Shown one piece after another: positions 56,004-64,000 of a DNA stretch of 64,000 bases. Made by a program: the position numbers and the translations under genes. Within the stretch, counting starts at the first letter, position 1; each line of letters starts with the position of its first letter. Source of the stretch: Chloroflexota bacterium (GTDB lineage: Bacteria > Chloroflexota > Limnocylindria > Limnocylindrales > CSP1-4); the NCBI GenBank assembly GCA_016191425.1, contig JACPOR010000021.1, positions 84,312 to 148,311 of the forward strand, written 5' to 3'. Below the pieces are notes generated by a model that was given only the letters and a program-made list of their open reading frames with translations, had not been told where the DNA came from and ran no database searches.

Positions 56004-58862
56004 TCACCGGCGGCGGCCGCAGCGGGCCCGGGATCGTGGCATAACGACTCGCCGACCGGCCGGGTGACCCCGTACGAAACGGCCGAATCGTTCGTCCGGG
56101 AGCAGCGTGGCGGTGTCTGTCGCGACGGCCGGTCGGGGGATGCGTGGCGAGCGAGGATCACGAGCAGCATCGTAGCCGAGGCCGCTCGCGACGTCGGAGG
56201 AGGCTGCTCGGGCCGTCGATGGCTTCGGACGATCAGGCGGGATCGGCGGGGGCCCGTTCAGGGCTGCCGAGGTCCTAGCTTGGGAGAGCAAGGCCTCCGA
56301 GGCTTGCGAGGTCTGCGCGGCGTGCGAGGTCTGCGCGGCGTGCGAGGTCTGCGCGGCGTGCGACCCTTGCGACATCGCCGCGGCCTGTGCAGCCGCCGCT
56401 GCGCCGGTCCCGCCCGCCGTCGGGGCCGCAACGGTTCGCCCGCCCGTGGTACGGACGCGGAGCGGGCCAACGCCAAGATCCACGGTGACGGTGCCATCGG
56501 TATCCGTTCGAAGCACGCGTGCGCCGGTCGCCTCGAGGCGGGCGACGGTGTCCGGAGCCGGGTGGCCGTATGGATTGCCCTTGCCGGCGGAGATCGCGGC
56601 GACTGCCGGCTGGACGGCCGCGAGAAACGTTTCGGTGGACGAGGTCCTCGAGCCGTGATGCGCGACCTTGAGGAAGTCGACTCGAGGCAGGCCCCGCGCC
56701 AGGAGTCCCGGATCGATCTCCTCCTCGATGTCGCCGGCAAGCAGTACGCGATGGCCGCCGACGTCTCCGAGCAGGACGATCGAGACATTGTTGATGCCGG
56801 TACCCGTGTCCGGGGGTTGCTCCGGTACGCTGCCCGGATCGGGCCACAGCACCCGAAAGCGGAACTCGTCGACCGACAACCGATCCCCGGTCGCCAGGGT
56901 TCCCCTGGCAATTCCGAGTGCGATCAATTCGGCATTCAGGGCGGCATAGCCGGGTCCGGGACCGAACATGCCCGGTTCAAACACCCGGGTCACCGAATAG
57001 CGGTCCAGGATCGCTGCGAGTCCCGCCGCGTGGTCTTCATGCGGATGCGACAGGATCACGACATCGACACGGCGGTCCCACGGAGGCAGCTGCTCATCGA
57101 GGGCGACGAGGAGTCGAGCCGGATCCGGTCCGCCGTCGATGAGCAGCCGCCCGCCGCGCCCTCCCTCGACGAGGATCGCGTCGCCCTGACCGACGTCCAG
57201 CACGGTGATCCGCGGGACCCCATCGGGGCGCTGGACGACGACGACCGCCAACGAGACGATCGAGGCCGCCAGTCCGCCGGCGAGCACGCGTCCGACGCGC
57301 GTGTGCCACCAGGACGGCGCGCGACCAGCCGCCCTCGAGGTGACGGCGTCGCCGGGTCGGCGCTGACCTCTGCCCGCGCGTCCGATCCCGGACGGGCGCC
57401 GCGTTGCCACCGTGGCCAGGAGGATCGCGAGGCCGGCAGTTGCCGCAACCACAACGTTCCACGGGTCATCGAGCTGGAGGCTCGCGAACGGGAGCGACGC
57501 GCCGCCACGGACGACTCCAACCATGAGCGAGAGGAGCAGCCAGGCCGGAAGACCTCCGATCGTGGCCACCGCGGGCGCCAGCCCCGCCATCGCGAGGAGA
57601 CCACCTCCGAAGGCTGCGACCCCGGCGCCCATCGCCGGCGCCACGAGTGGAACGACCGCGAGGTTCACGACGGGTGAAACGAGGGACAGGCGCCCGAACG
57701 CGAGCACGACAATAGGCACGGTGGCCAGCTGGGCCGCGAGCGAGACGCCGAGGCTCTCCGCGAGCCAGGCCCTCGGCCGGCCCGGGGCCCTGCCGGCCAG
57801 GCGATCCGTGAACGGTGTGCCCCACACGATCAGGCCCACGGTCGCGAGCGCCGACAGCTGGAATCCCACATCCTCGACGAGTCGTGGGTCGGCGACGAGC
57901 AGGGCCACGACGGCCCAGCCGATGGCGGCTGCGGCTCGGCTCGGGCGCCCGAGCTCGCGGGCGAGCATGACCACGCCGGCCATGCCCGCCGCCCGGATGA
58001 CCGATGCCGAGGGCCCGACGAACGCGACATAGCCCACGATCGCCAGGGCGGTGAGAAGGACGCGACGGCGCCGGGCAAGGCGTCCGGCGAGGGCAGCCAG
58101 TGTCGTCGCCACGATCGCGATATTCCAGCCTGAGATCGCGACGACGTGGGTGGCTCCGACGGCCGTGAACGCGGCCGAGAGGCCCCGGTCCACGCGGTCG
58201 CGCAAGCCGATGAGGATGCCGCTTGCCAGGCCGGCCTCCGGTTCGGGAATGGCGAGCCGCAGGGCACGATCGGCGCCGCGCCGGAGACCCTCGAGTGCCC
58301 GGGCTGGATCACTCGGCTGTGGTTCGAGGTCCAGGTGTGTCACGCGGATCGTGCCCTGGACGCCGATCCGCTCCAGGTAGTCACCGTACGGATCGTCGGC
58401 CGGCGGCGCCCGGAGTGTTCCGCTCAGGCTCACCCGATCGCCCGGGATCACCACCGGAAAGACCGGCAACGTGCCGGCCACCCGTGTCCCGGCGGGAGCC
58501 TCGAACGCGACGACGGCAGGTTGCTGGCCGGCACGCGGTGCCCCGATCGAGACGACCGTCGCGATCCAGGGCCCGTCACCCGTCGGGAGTGGGCCTGGCC
58601 TGGGTGCCTCCACGGGATCCGTTACGAGTACACGCCCGGCGACGAACAGGATCCCGAGCGTCAGGAGTGCGATCTTCGAAGCTGCAGCCCGGAGGGTATG
58701 GGCCCGTTCGAGGCGTTCCGACCAGGCACGCCGGGCCGCCCATGTGATGAACATGCCAGCGGTACCCATCAGCATGATCGCGGCGAGCGCCCGGTGCGTC
58801 GCGTGCGCGGCGGCGATCGCGGCGATGACCGCGCCGATCGCGATCCAGCCGCTGCGTGGCAC
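56004..58862 (-). CDS. comEC: DNA internalization competence protein ComEC/Rec2 with MBL domain and low-complexity tail
   Basis: Polytopic competence domain, then the MBL motif ILSHPHEDH. GTG start shares one base with the comEA TAG. The C-terminal tail contains the SHAAQT repeats. Confidence 0.85.
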   Translation of the reverse strand: MPRSGWIAIGAVIAAIAAAHATHRALAAIMLMGTAGMFITWAARRAWSERLERAHTLRAAASKIALLTLGILFVAGRVLVTDPVEAPRPGPLPTGDGPWIATVVSIGAPRAGQQPAVVAFEAPAGTRVAGTLPVFPVVIPGDRVSLSGTLRAPPADDPYGDYLERIGVQGTIRVTHLDLEPQPSDPARALEGLRRGADRALRLAIPEPEAGLASGILIGLRDRVDRGLSAAFTAVGATHVVAISGWNIAIVATTLAALAGRLARRRRVLLTALAIVGYVAFVGPSASVIRAAGMAGVVMLARELGRPSRAAAAIGWAVVALLVADPRLVEDVGFQLSALATVGLIVWGTPFTDRLAGRAPGRPRAWLAESLGVSLAAQLATVPIVVLAFGRLSLVSPVVNLAVVPLVAPAMGAGVAAFGGGLLAMAGLAPAVATIGGLPAWLLLSLMVGVVRGGASLPFASLQLDDPWNVVVAATAGLAILLATVATRRPSGIGRAGRGQRRPGDAVTSRAAGRAPSWWHTRVGRVLAGGLAASIVSLAVVVVQRPDGVPRITVLDVGQGDAILVEGGRGGRLLIDGGPDPARLLVALDEQLPPWDRRVDVVILSHPHEDHAAGLAAILDRYSVTRVFEPGMFGPGPGYAALNAELIALGIARGTLATGDRLSVDEFRFRVLWPDPGSVPEQPPDTGTGINNVSIVLLGDVGGHRVLLAGDIEEEIDPGLLARGLPRVDFLKVAHHGSRTSSTETFLAAVQPAVAAISAGKGNPYGHPAPDTVARLEATGARVLRTDTDGTVTVDLGVGPLRVRTTGGRTVAAPTAGGTGAAAAAQAAAMSQGSHAAQTSHAAQTSHAAQTSQASEALLSQARTSAALNGPPPIPPDRPKPSTARAASSDVASGLGYDAARDPRSPRIPRPAVATDTATLLPDERFGRFVRGHPAGRRVVMPRSRARCGRRR
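56303..56374. repeat. 18-nt tandem repeat x4, in frame in the comEC 3' tail
   Basis: cttgcgaggtctgcgcgg / cgtgcgaggtctgcgcgg x2 / a degenerate 4th unit. It encodes (SHAAQT)x3-4 on the reverse strand. Confidence 0.9.
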
Positions 58863-59503
58863 TACCGGACCGTGACGAGCTCGCGGAGCCCGTCGAAGGT
58901 CTTCTGCCCGACGAGCTTCCGGTCCCTGAGGTCCTGGACCGCGCTGAAGCGGGACGATTCGCGGGAGGCGATGATCTTGGCCGCGGTCACCGGGCCGATC
59001 CCCGGCAAGGCGTCGAGGTCTCCTGAAGAGGCTGTATTGAGGTCGATGAGGCCCGGCGCGGCCTGCCCACCCTGTGGCTGGTCGGCCGCCGCGCCATTCC
59101 CGGAACCGTCGTCCCGCGACGGCACGACGAGATGCTGGCCATCTGTCAGCAGAGCGGCGAGATTGAGCTCCTGAGCGACACGCCGGGCGTCGACTCGTGG
59201 GCCATAGCCACCGGCCATCGAGATGGCGTCGCCAACGCGAGAGCCGGCCGGGACGCGATAGACGCCCGGATCGGCCACCGCGCCCGCGACATCAATGACG
59301 AGCAGCTGGTCAGCCTCCGGGCTGCCGCTCGGCGTCGGGTCTGCCGCGGCGACCGTGACTTCGCTCAGACTTGGGTCACCTGCCGCGAGCCACGTGGCAC
59401 CGACGACGATCAGGACGGTCGCAGCCACGATCGCCAGGACGGCTCCGCGCGGCACGGTCGAGGCGACGGTGGCTCGTGCGGTGCCCGCGGGTCCAGGCTG
59501 CAT
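58862..59503 (-). CDS. comEA: ComEA family DNA-binding competence protein
   Basis: One TM helix (AVLAIVAATVLIVVG), the SLBB region (GVYRVPAGSRVGDAI), and C-terminal helix-hairpin-helix LNTASSGDLDALPGIGPVTAAKI. The ATG at 59503 is preferred over the track's TTG at 59566. Confidence 0.8.
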   Translation of the reverse strand: MQPGPAGTARATVASTVPRGAVLAIVAATVLIVVGATWLAAGDPSLSEVTVAAADPTPSGSPEADQLLVIDVAGAVADPGVYRVPAGSRVGDAISMAGGYGPRVDARRVAQELNLAALLTDGQHLVVPSRDDGSGNGAAADQPQGGQAAPGLIDLNTASSGDLDALPGIGPVTAAKIIASRESSRFSAVQDLRDRKLVGQKTFDGLRELVTVR

Positions 59504-59584
59504 TGCCGTTGGTGAGGAGGGCTCGGGCGTCTCGAACGAGCGCCACGGCGAACGGGATGGCTCCAAGGGATCCTCGCCCGGCGG

Positions 59585-59687
59585 GTGCGGGGCGGGCAGA
59601 CTGACGTGCGGGCGGGCAGACGGACGTGCGGGGCGGGCCGACTGACGTGCGGGGCGGGCCGACTGACGTGCGGGCTGGCAGACTGAC
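59585..59687. repeat. 20-21-nt tandem repeat x5 (GTGCGGGGCGGGCMGACTGAC)
   Basis: Units at 59585..59605, 59606..59625, 59626..59646, 59647..59667 and 59668..59687. It lies in the divergent spacer between comEA and the amidohydrolase gene. Confidence 0.9.
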
Positions 59688-59983
59688 GTCCCGTCCGCCG
59701 GGGCACATCGTCGGACGGGACGTTCGATGGATCCTATGCGGGTCGGATTAGCTGCGACTTATCGGCCAGGGGCAAGGGTGCTGGTGACGCGCTGTTGTGG
59801 CGGACCCGGGTACTCGACGACCTGGGGTCCAGCCCTGACACGCCCACCGAACACGGCACGACCTGGTTGGCTAGTCTGGCCGTATCTACCAGTGACGGGC
59901 AACCCAGCCGGCGCGAGCGCCTGGCAGAATCGTCCGACGCCTCGGCGAGGCGCCCGTTTCCGGCCACGACGAAGGAGGCTTCA

Positions 59984-61185
59984 ATGGGACGCGTGGTGTT
60001 GCGCGGCGGGTCGGTCTTCGACGGTACGGGAGCCGACCCTGCGCCGGCCGATATCGTCATCGAGGATGGCCTGATCGTTGACGTCGGGTCGGCGCTGGAC
60101 GGTGACGAGGCCATCGACGCGACCGGCAAGACGATTCTTCCCGGCCTGTTCGACTGCCACGTCCACGTGACCCTCGACACGATCGATGTCTGGCGGCTGG
60201 TGAACCGGCCGTTCAGCTACAACTTCTACGTGGCGGCCCGGAACCTGCAGGCGACCCTCGCGACCGGCATCACCTCGGTCCGCGATGCCGGCGGTGCCGA
60301 TCTCGGGATCAAGCAGGCCGTCGAGGACGGCCTCATTGCCGGGCCGCGCATGCAGATCAGCCTGACGATGCTGAGCCAGACCGGTGGCCACGGGGACGAT
60401 TGGCTCCCATCCGGCGTGATGGTGCCGATGATCGCGGGTCATCCCGGCATCCCATCGCAGATCGTCGACGGCCCGGACGAGATGCGGCGCAAGGTCCGCG
60501 AGCTCCGCCGCATGGGCGCCGACGTGGTGAAGGTCGCCACGTCGGGTGGTGTTCTGTCTGCCCGGGACGACCCGGCCCATGCGCCTTCCGGCCCGCCGAG
60601 CTCGATGTGCTCGTGGAGGAGGCGACGGCGGCCGGCATGTTCGTGATGGCCCACGCGCAGGCCGCGGACGGGATCAAGAACGCGGTTCGTGCCGGGATCC
60701 GATCCATCGACCATGGGGTCTTCCTCGACGACGAGGGGATCGAGCTCATGCTCGCGAAGGGCACGTGGCTGGTGCCGACCCTTGTTGCGCCCCACGGCGT
60801 CCTGGAGGCCGCTGCTGCGGGCGCCGCCATCGCGGAACCGATCCTCGAGAAGGCCCGGGCCGTGATGACACGCCACACGAACGCGATCCGCCGGGCCATC
60901 GAAGCCGGCGTGCGGATCGCGATGGGCACGGACTCCGGCGTGACCCCACACGGACGGAACCTCCGCGAGTTCACGCTGATGGCCGAACTGGGCATGGCCC
61001 CTTCGGCGGTGCTCGAGTCGGCAACGCGCAGCGCGGCGCAGCTCATGGGCGTCGACTCCGAACGCGGCGCGATCGAGCCGGGCAAGCTCGCCGATCTGGT
61101 CCTCGTGGACGGCGACCCGTACGGGTTCGACACGTTGGCCGACCGGATCAGCTCGGTCTACCTCGGCGGGCGGCAGGTCATCTGA
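59984..61185 (+). pseudogene. metal-dependent amidohydrolase with a single -1 nt frameshift near 60588
   Basis: ATG at 59984 after GAAGGAGG. The N-half carries PGLFDCHVHV (HxH metal site) ...VKVATSGGVLSARDDPAHA. The family sequence then continues only in the next frame (FRPAELDVLVEEATAAGMFVMAHA...GTDSG...). The junction gcg-cc-ttc looks one base short. Confidence 0.6.
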
Positions 61186-61208
61186 GGGCCGGAACTCGCC
61201 GGCGACTT

Positions 61209-61311
61209 GCATGGCGGGCGTGACATGTGCGGCAGGTATTGCACGCGCGGCAGGTGCGGCCCGCGGCGCCGCGCCCTCGAGCATGGCAGGCGTGCCCGTT
61301 CGCGGGGCAGG
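61209..61311. repeat. imperfect direct repeats (GCATGGCRGGCGTG...GCGGCAGG)
   Basis: Copies at 61209..61236 and 61281..61311, with an extra gcgcggcagg at 61245..61254. They lie between convergent stops. Confidence 0.5.
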
Positions 61312-61319
61312 AGCGACCG

Positions 61320-61751
61320 CTAGCGCGGGAGGCGCTCCCACGCCACCCAGTGGCTTCCGTCCCACCAGCGGTGCCAGGTCAGGCCGTCACGTCCCAGGGC
61401 AAAGACGTCGAGGCGATTCGCCCCCCATGAGGATGCAGCGGGCGTTTCTCGCGGATCGAGTTCGCCGCCAAGGGATTCCCAGGGATGCCACGAGGCGCCG
61501 TCCCAGTAGCGATTCCAGAGCTCACCGTCCGCCATGACGGCGAAGACTTCCATGCGATCGACGGCCCAGGCCGTGACCGTGGGTGCCGACGCCAGCGAAC
61601 CGCCGAGTGATTCCGGATCCAGCCATCCGCCGTCCGCGAAGGCTCGATGGATCAGGGCGCCATCTGAACCCCTCCAGAAGAGGTCGATGCGGCCGGGTCC
61701 CCAGGAAACCGCCGCTGTCCCGCTGCCGAGCTGGTCGTTCATGGCCGCCAC
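61320..61751 (-). CDS. DUF346 / PLL-like beta-propeller repeat protein (three blades)
   Basis: Three units of about 45 aa: ..SWGPGRIDLFWRGSDGALIHRAFADGGW..ESLGG / ..AWAVDRMEVFAVMADGELWNRYWDGASWHPWESLGG / ..SWGANRLDVFALGRDGLTWHRWWDGSHWVAWE. Confidence 0.65.
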   Translation of the reverse strand: MAAMNDQLGSGTAAVSWGPGRIDLFWRGSDGALIHRAFADGGWLDPESLGGSLASAPTVTAWAVDRMEVFAVMADGELWNRYWDGASWHPWESLGGELDPRETPAASSWGANRLDVFALGRDGLTWHRWWDGSHWVAWERLPR

Positions 61752-61758
61752 GGTACCC

Positions 61759-61860
61759 GCAAGGCCGCCGACGCGCCAGCAAGGCCGCCGCGACGCGCCA
61801 GCAAGGCCGCCGCGACGCGCCAGCGGGCAGCCCGACGCGCCAGCGGGCAGCCCGACACCG
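61759..61860. repeat. 20-22-nt tandem repeat x5 (GCAAGGCCGCCGCGACGCGCCA / GCGGGCAGCCCGACGCGCCA)
   Basis: Units at 61759..61778, 61779..61800, 61801..61822, 61823..61842 and 61843..61860. The array starts 8 nt upstream of the DUF346 GTG start. Confidence 0.9.
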
Positions 61861-61918
61861 GCAGCGAGCGAAGGGCCTCACCACGGGCCGGCAAGGGAGC
61901 GCGCCCGGAGGTCGCCGG

Positions 61919-62857
61919 TCAGTCGCGCTCGAGTGCCGGGCGAACCTCGATGGCGAGTCGGGCCATCGATTCCTCGTCGTGGGGGCCCGGAAACCCCGCC
62001 ACCAGGTGCCGGTAGCCGATTGCGGGATATGGCGCAAGCATCTCGATGACGTCCTCGGGCGTGCCGACGGGCTGGTCCAGCCAGAGCCTGGCATTGCCGT
62101 TCCGGGCGAACATCGCCTCGAAGACCCGCTGCGCCTCGGCCCGTGAGTCCCGGATGATCACGGTTCCGACGCCCGTCGTGCGTTCGATCTCGGACGGGTC
62201 ACGTCCGATCCGCTCGCAGTGCTCGATGAGGATCGCGTCCTTGCGCTTGACCGCCTCAATGCCGCCCCCGAGGTTGTTCGCATCGGCGTAGCGGGCCACG
62301 AGCTTGAGGGTGATCTTTTCGCCACCGCCTCCGATGAGCAGGGGCAGGTGTTCCTGTACCGGCAGCGGGACGTTGCGCACCTGCCGCGCCGAGTACCGCG
62401 GTCCGGTGGCCGACGGCGCCTCGCCGTGGAGCATGCCACGCATGATCGGCAGGGCCTCGGCGAGCCATCGCAGCCGATCCGGCGGTCCGTCACCGAACTG
62501 CAGCCCATAGGCCGCGTGTTCGCGATCGAACCAGGCAGCGCCGATCCCGAGAATCGCCCGGCCGCCGCTGACGTGGTCCAGCGTCGTGGCCAGCTTCGCC
62601 GTCAGGGCCGGCTCCCGGAAGGTGTTGGCACCCACCATGAGCCCGATCCGAATCCGCTCGGTCGCCATGGCCCAGCCCGTCAGGACCGTCCATGCCTCCA
62701 GAATCGGGCCCTCCCAGGAGCCCACGATCGGGTACAGGTGGTCCCAAGTCCAGAGGCTCGTGTATCCAAGTGCATCGGCGCGAATGCCCGCTTGGAGGAG
62801 CGACGGCCAGTCCGTGTACTGGTTCCAGCACAGGGCGCCGATCTTGACTTCGGGCAC
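61919..62857 (-). CDS. LLM-class (luciferase-like) F420-dependent oxidoreductase
   Basis: GYTSLWTWDHL, LGIGAAW and LLIGGGGEK motifs, typical of TIGR03560-like LLM proteins. Confidence 0.8.
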   Translation of the reverse strand: MPEVKIGALCWNQYTDWPSLLQAGIRADALGYTSLWTWDHLYPIVGSWEGPILEAWTVLTGWAMATERIRIGLMVGANTFREPALTAKLATTLDHVSGGRAILGIGAAWFDREHAAYGLQFGDGPPDRLRWLAEALPIMRGMLHGEAPSATGPRYSARQVRNVPLPVQEHLPLLIGGGGEKITLKLVARYADANNLGGGIEAVKRKDAILIEHCERIGRDPSEIERTTGVGTVIIRDSRAEAQRVFEAMFARNGNARLWLDQPVGTPEDVIEMLAPYPAIGYRHLVAGFPGPHDEESMARLAIEVRPALERD

Positions 62858-62883
62858 GTCTCCTCCACGGTGTCCAAACGGTG

Positions 62884-63066
62884 CTAGCCGACGCGCCGGT
62901 CGCGCCGCAGGACATCGAGGTAGACACCGGCACCGACGACGGCTGCGACGACCCAGACGAGGATGTTACCGGAGCCGAAGAGCCATCCGGCCACAAGGGA
63001 GACCGCGAGCCACGCGATAACGAACGAGCCGAAGGCTATCCCGACTCGGCGAGCGATCTTGAACAT
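62884..63066 (-). CDS. small membrane protein (60 aa, two TM helices)
   Basis: MFKIARRVGIAFGSFVIAWLAVSLVAGWLFGSGNILVWVVAAVVGAGVYLDVLRRDRR. Confidence 0.5.
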   Translation of the reverse strand: MFKIARRVGIAFGSFVIAWLAVSLVAGWLFGSGNILVWVVAAVVGAGVYLDVLRRDRRVG

Positions 63067-63296
63067 GGACCGACTCCAGGGCGCGGCGCAAGAACCGCCA
63101 ACGAAGCTTCCGCATGCGCCACCGGTCTGTCAACGCCGATGGTCTCAGCACGTGCCCGCGGCCCTTGGGTGTCCCGTTCGGTCGCCGCGCTCGATCAGAT
63201 GACTTGAAAACGAGCCCGAAGGGCGGTTCCGTCGTCCTCCGGGCTCTCCCTGCATCGCCTGGCTAGAGGTGATGCAAGTGCCCCTACGGTACCCCG

Positions 63297-63845
63297 TCAC
63301 AGCGTGAGGCGCGCCACGACCTCGATGCCGTCCATCTCCCCGGTCGGGACGAAGCCCAGGTCGCGGTAGAAGGGCTCGGGGCCACCGTCCGCGGGGACCC
63401 AGCTCACGAGCAGCTCACTCGCGTTCGGCAGCGTCCGGGCGTGCGCGACGGTGAGCCCGATCGCTGCTCGCCCAAACCCGCGGCCCTGATGGGCCGCGTC
63501 GATCATGAAGCGCCAGAGGAAGTACTCGGGCTTCTCGGTGTCGATCGACAGCATGACGAACCCGACCGGGTTGCCGTCGGCGCAGACCGCGCGATACCAC
63601 GCCTTCGGTTCGAAGAGTGCCTCGGCGAACGAGATCGCGTTGGGCGCGACGAACGACGCCTGGCTGGGCGCCACGGCGAGCCGGCAGATCGCGCGCACAG
63701 ATTCGCGCGTCACCTCGCGGAGCTCAACGACGGCGCCGTCGGCAACGGAGCGAGGCGCGATGACCCCAGACGCAGCGTCCTCGCGTTTCGTCAAGGTCCG
63801 CCAGGCCTCGTTGGCCGCCAGGGCGGGGCGCCAGGTTTCGGCCAC
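63297..63845 (-). CDS. GNAT family N-acetyltransferase
   Basis: HQGRGFGRAAIGL acetyl-CoA motif and C-terminal FYRDLGFVPTG. Confidence 0.8.
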   Translation of the reverse strand: MAETWRPALAANEAWRTLTKREDAASGVIAPRSVADGAVVELREVTRESVRAICRLAVAPSQASFVAPNAISFAEALFEPKAWYRAVCADGNPVGFVMLSIDTEKPEYFLWRFMIDAAHQGRGFGRAAIGLTVAHARTLPNASELLVSWVPADGGPEPFYRDLGFVPTGEMDGIEVVARLTL

Positions 63846-63855
63846 CAGGGCATGC

Positions 63856-64000
63856 TCAGCCGCGGACGACGAGATTCACAAGGCGGCAGCCGCCCGCGAC
63901 GATGACGCGATCAGGGGTTCTGCCGGACAGGGCCGCCATGACCTTCGGCGCGGCGAGTACCGCCAGCTCGAGATCGGCGTCGGAGACGTCGGCTGGCACG
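63856..64000 (-). CDS. C-terminal fragment of an unidentified protein (N-terminus beyond window end)
   Basis: The reverse strand is open to the window edge and ends ..VPADVSDADLELAVLAAPKVMAALSGRTPDRVIVAGGCRLVNLVVRG with stop at 63858..63856. No family recognised. Confidence 0.3.
   Translation of the reverse strand, partial: VPADVSDADLELAVLAAPKVMAALSGRTPDRVIVAGGCRLVNLVVRG

Overview
Very GC-rich chromosomal segment that looks Actinobacteria- or Chloroflexi-like; this is inference from gene content only. It is almost fully coding with housekeeping genes.

Main blocks:
- 1400-12162: a complete selenocysteine-decoding locus. It holds selD, tRNA-Sec, a methyltransferase, selA, selB and mobA, next to a UGA-containing molybdopterin formate dehydrogenase gene with a SECIS-like hairpin.
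- 24904-35897, reverse strand: an oxidative pentose-phosphate operon, tkt-PIN-rpiB-pgi-gnd-zwf-opcA-pgl.
- 16377-19702: an SbcD/SbcC-like nuclease pair.
- 35945-37839: psuK/psuG.
- 37913-40757: an ABC-2 exporter.
- 43366-59503: pyrG, tal, menG/ubiE, rho, a LysM-M23 peptidase, obg-nadD-rsfS, and holA-comEC-comEA.
- Two VapC/PIN genes, one of them with a Phd antitoxin.

Unusual signals:
1. An exceptional density of locus-specific short tandem repeats: units of 9-39 nt, 2-11 copies, at least 20 loci. They sit at gene boundaries. Several start inside a stop codon or end flush against a start codon, and three are in frame inside pgi, comEC and rsfS.
2. The only recognisable selenoprotein gene lacks its N-terminal Fe-S domain. 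It abuts a more AT-rich islet that carries three copies of a 27-nt direct repeat.
3. A TehB-like methyltransferase lies between tRNA-Sec and selA and overlaps the selA start.
4. pgl is fused to an alpha/beta-hydrolase domain.
5. An antitoxin-less PIN gene is translationally coupled to rpiB.
6. A structured, riboswitch-like leader precedes the LysM/M23 gene.
7. Several genes appear truncated or frameshifted: an MFS transporter, an EamA transporter, an amidohydrolase and a transposase fragment.

No CRISPR array, rRNA or intact mobile element was seen. All family assignments come from reading the translations by eye; no database search was possible.
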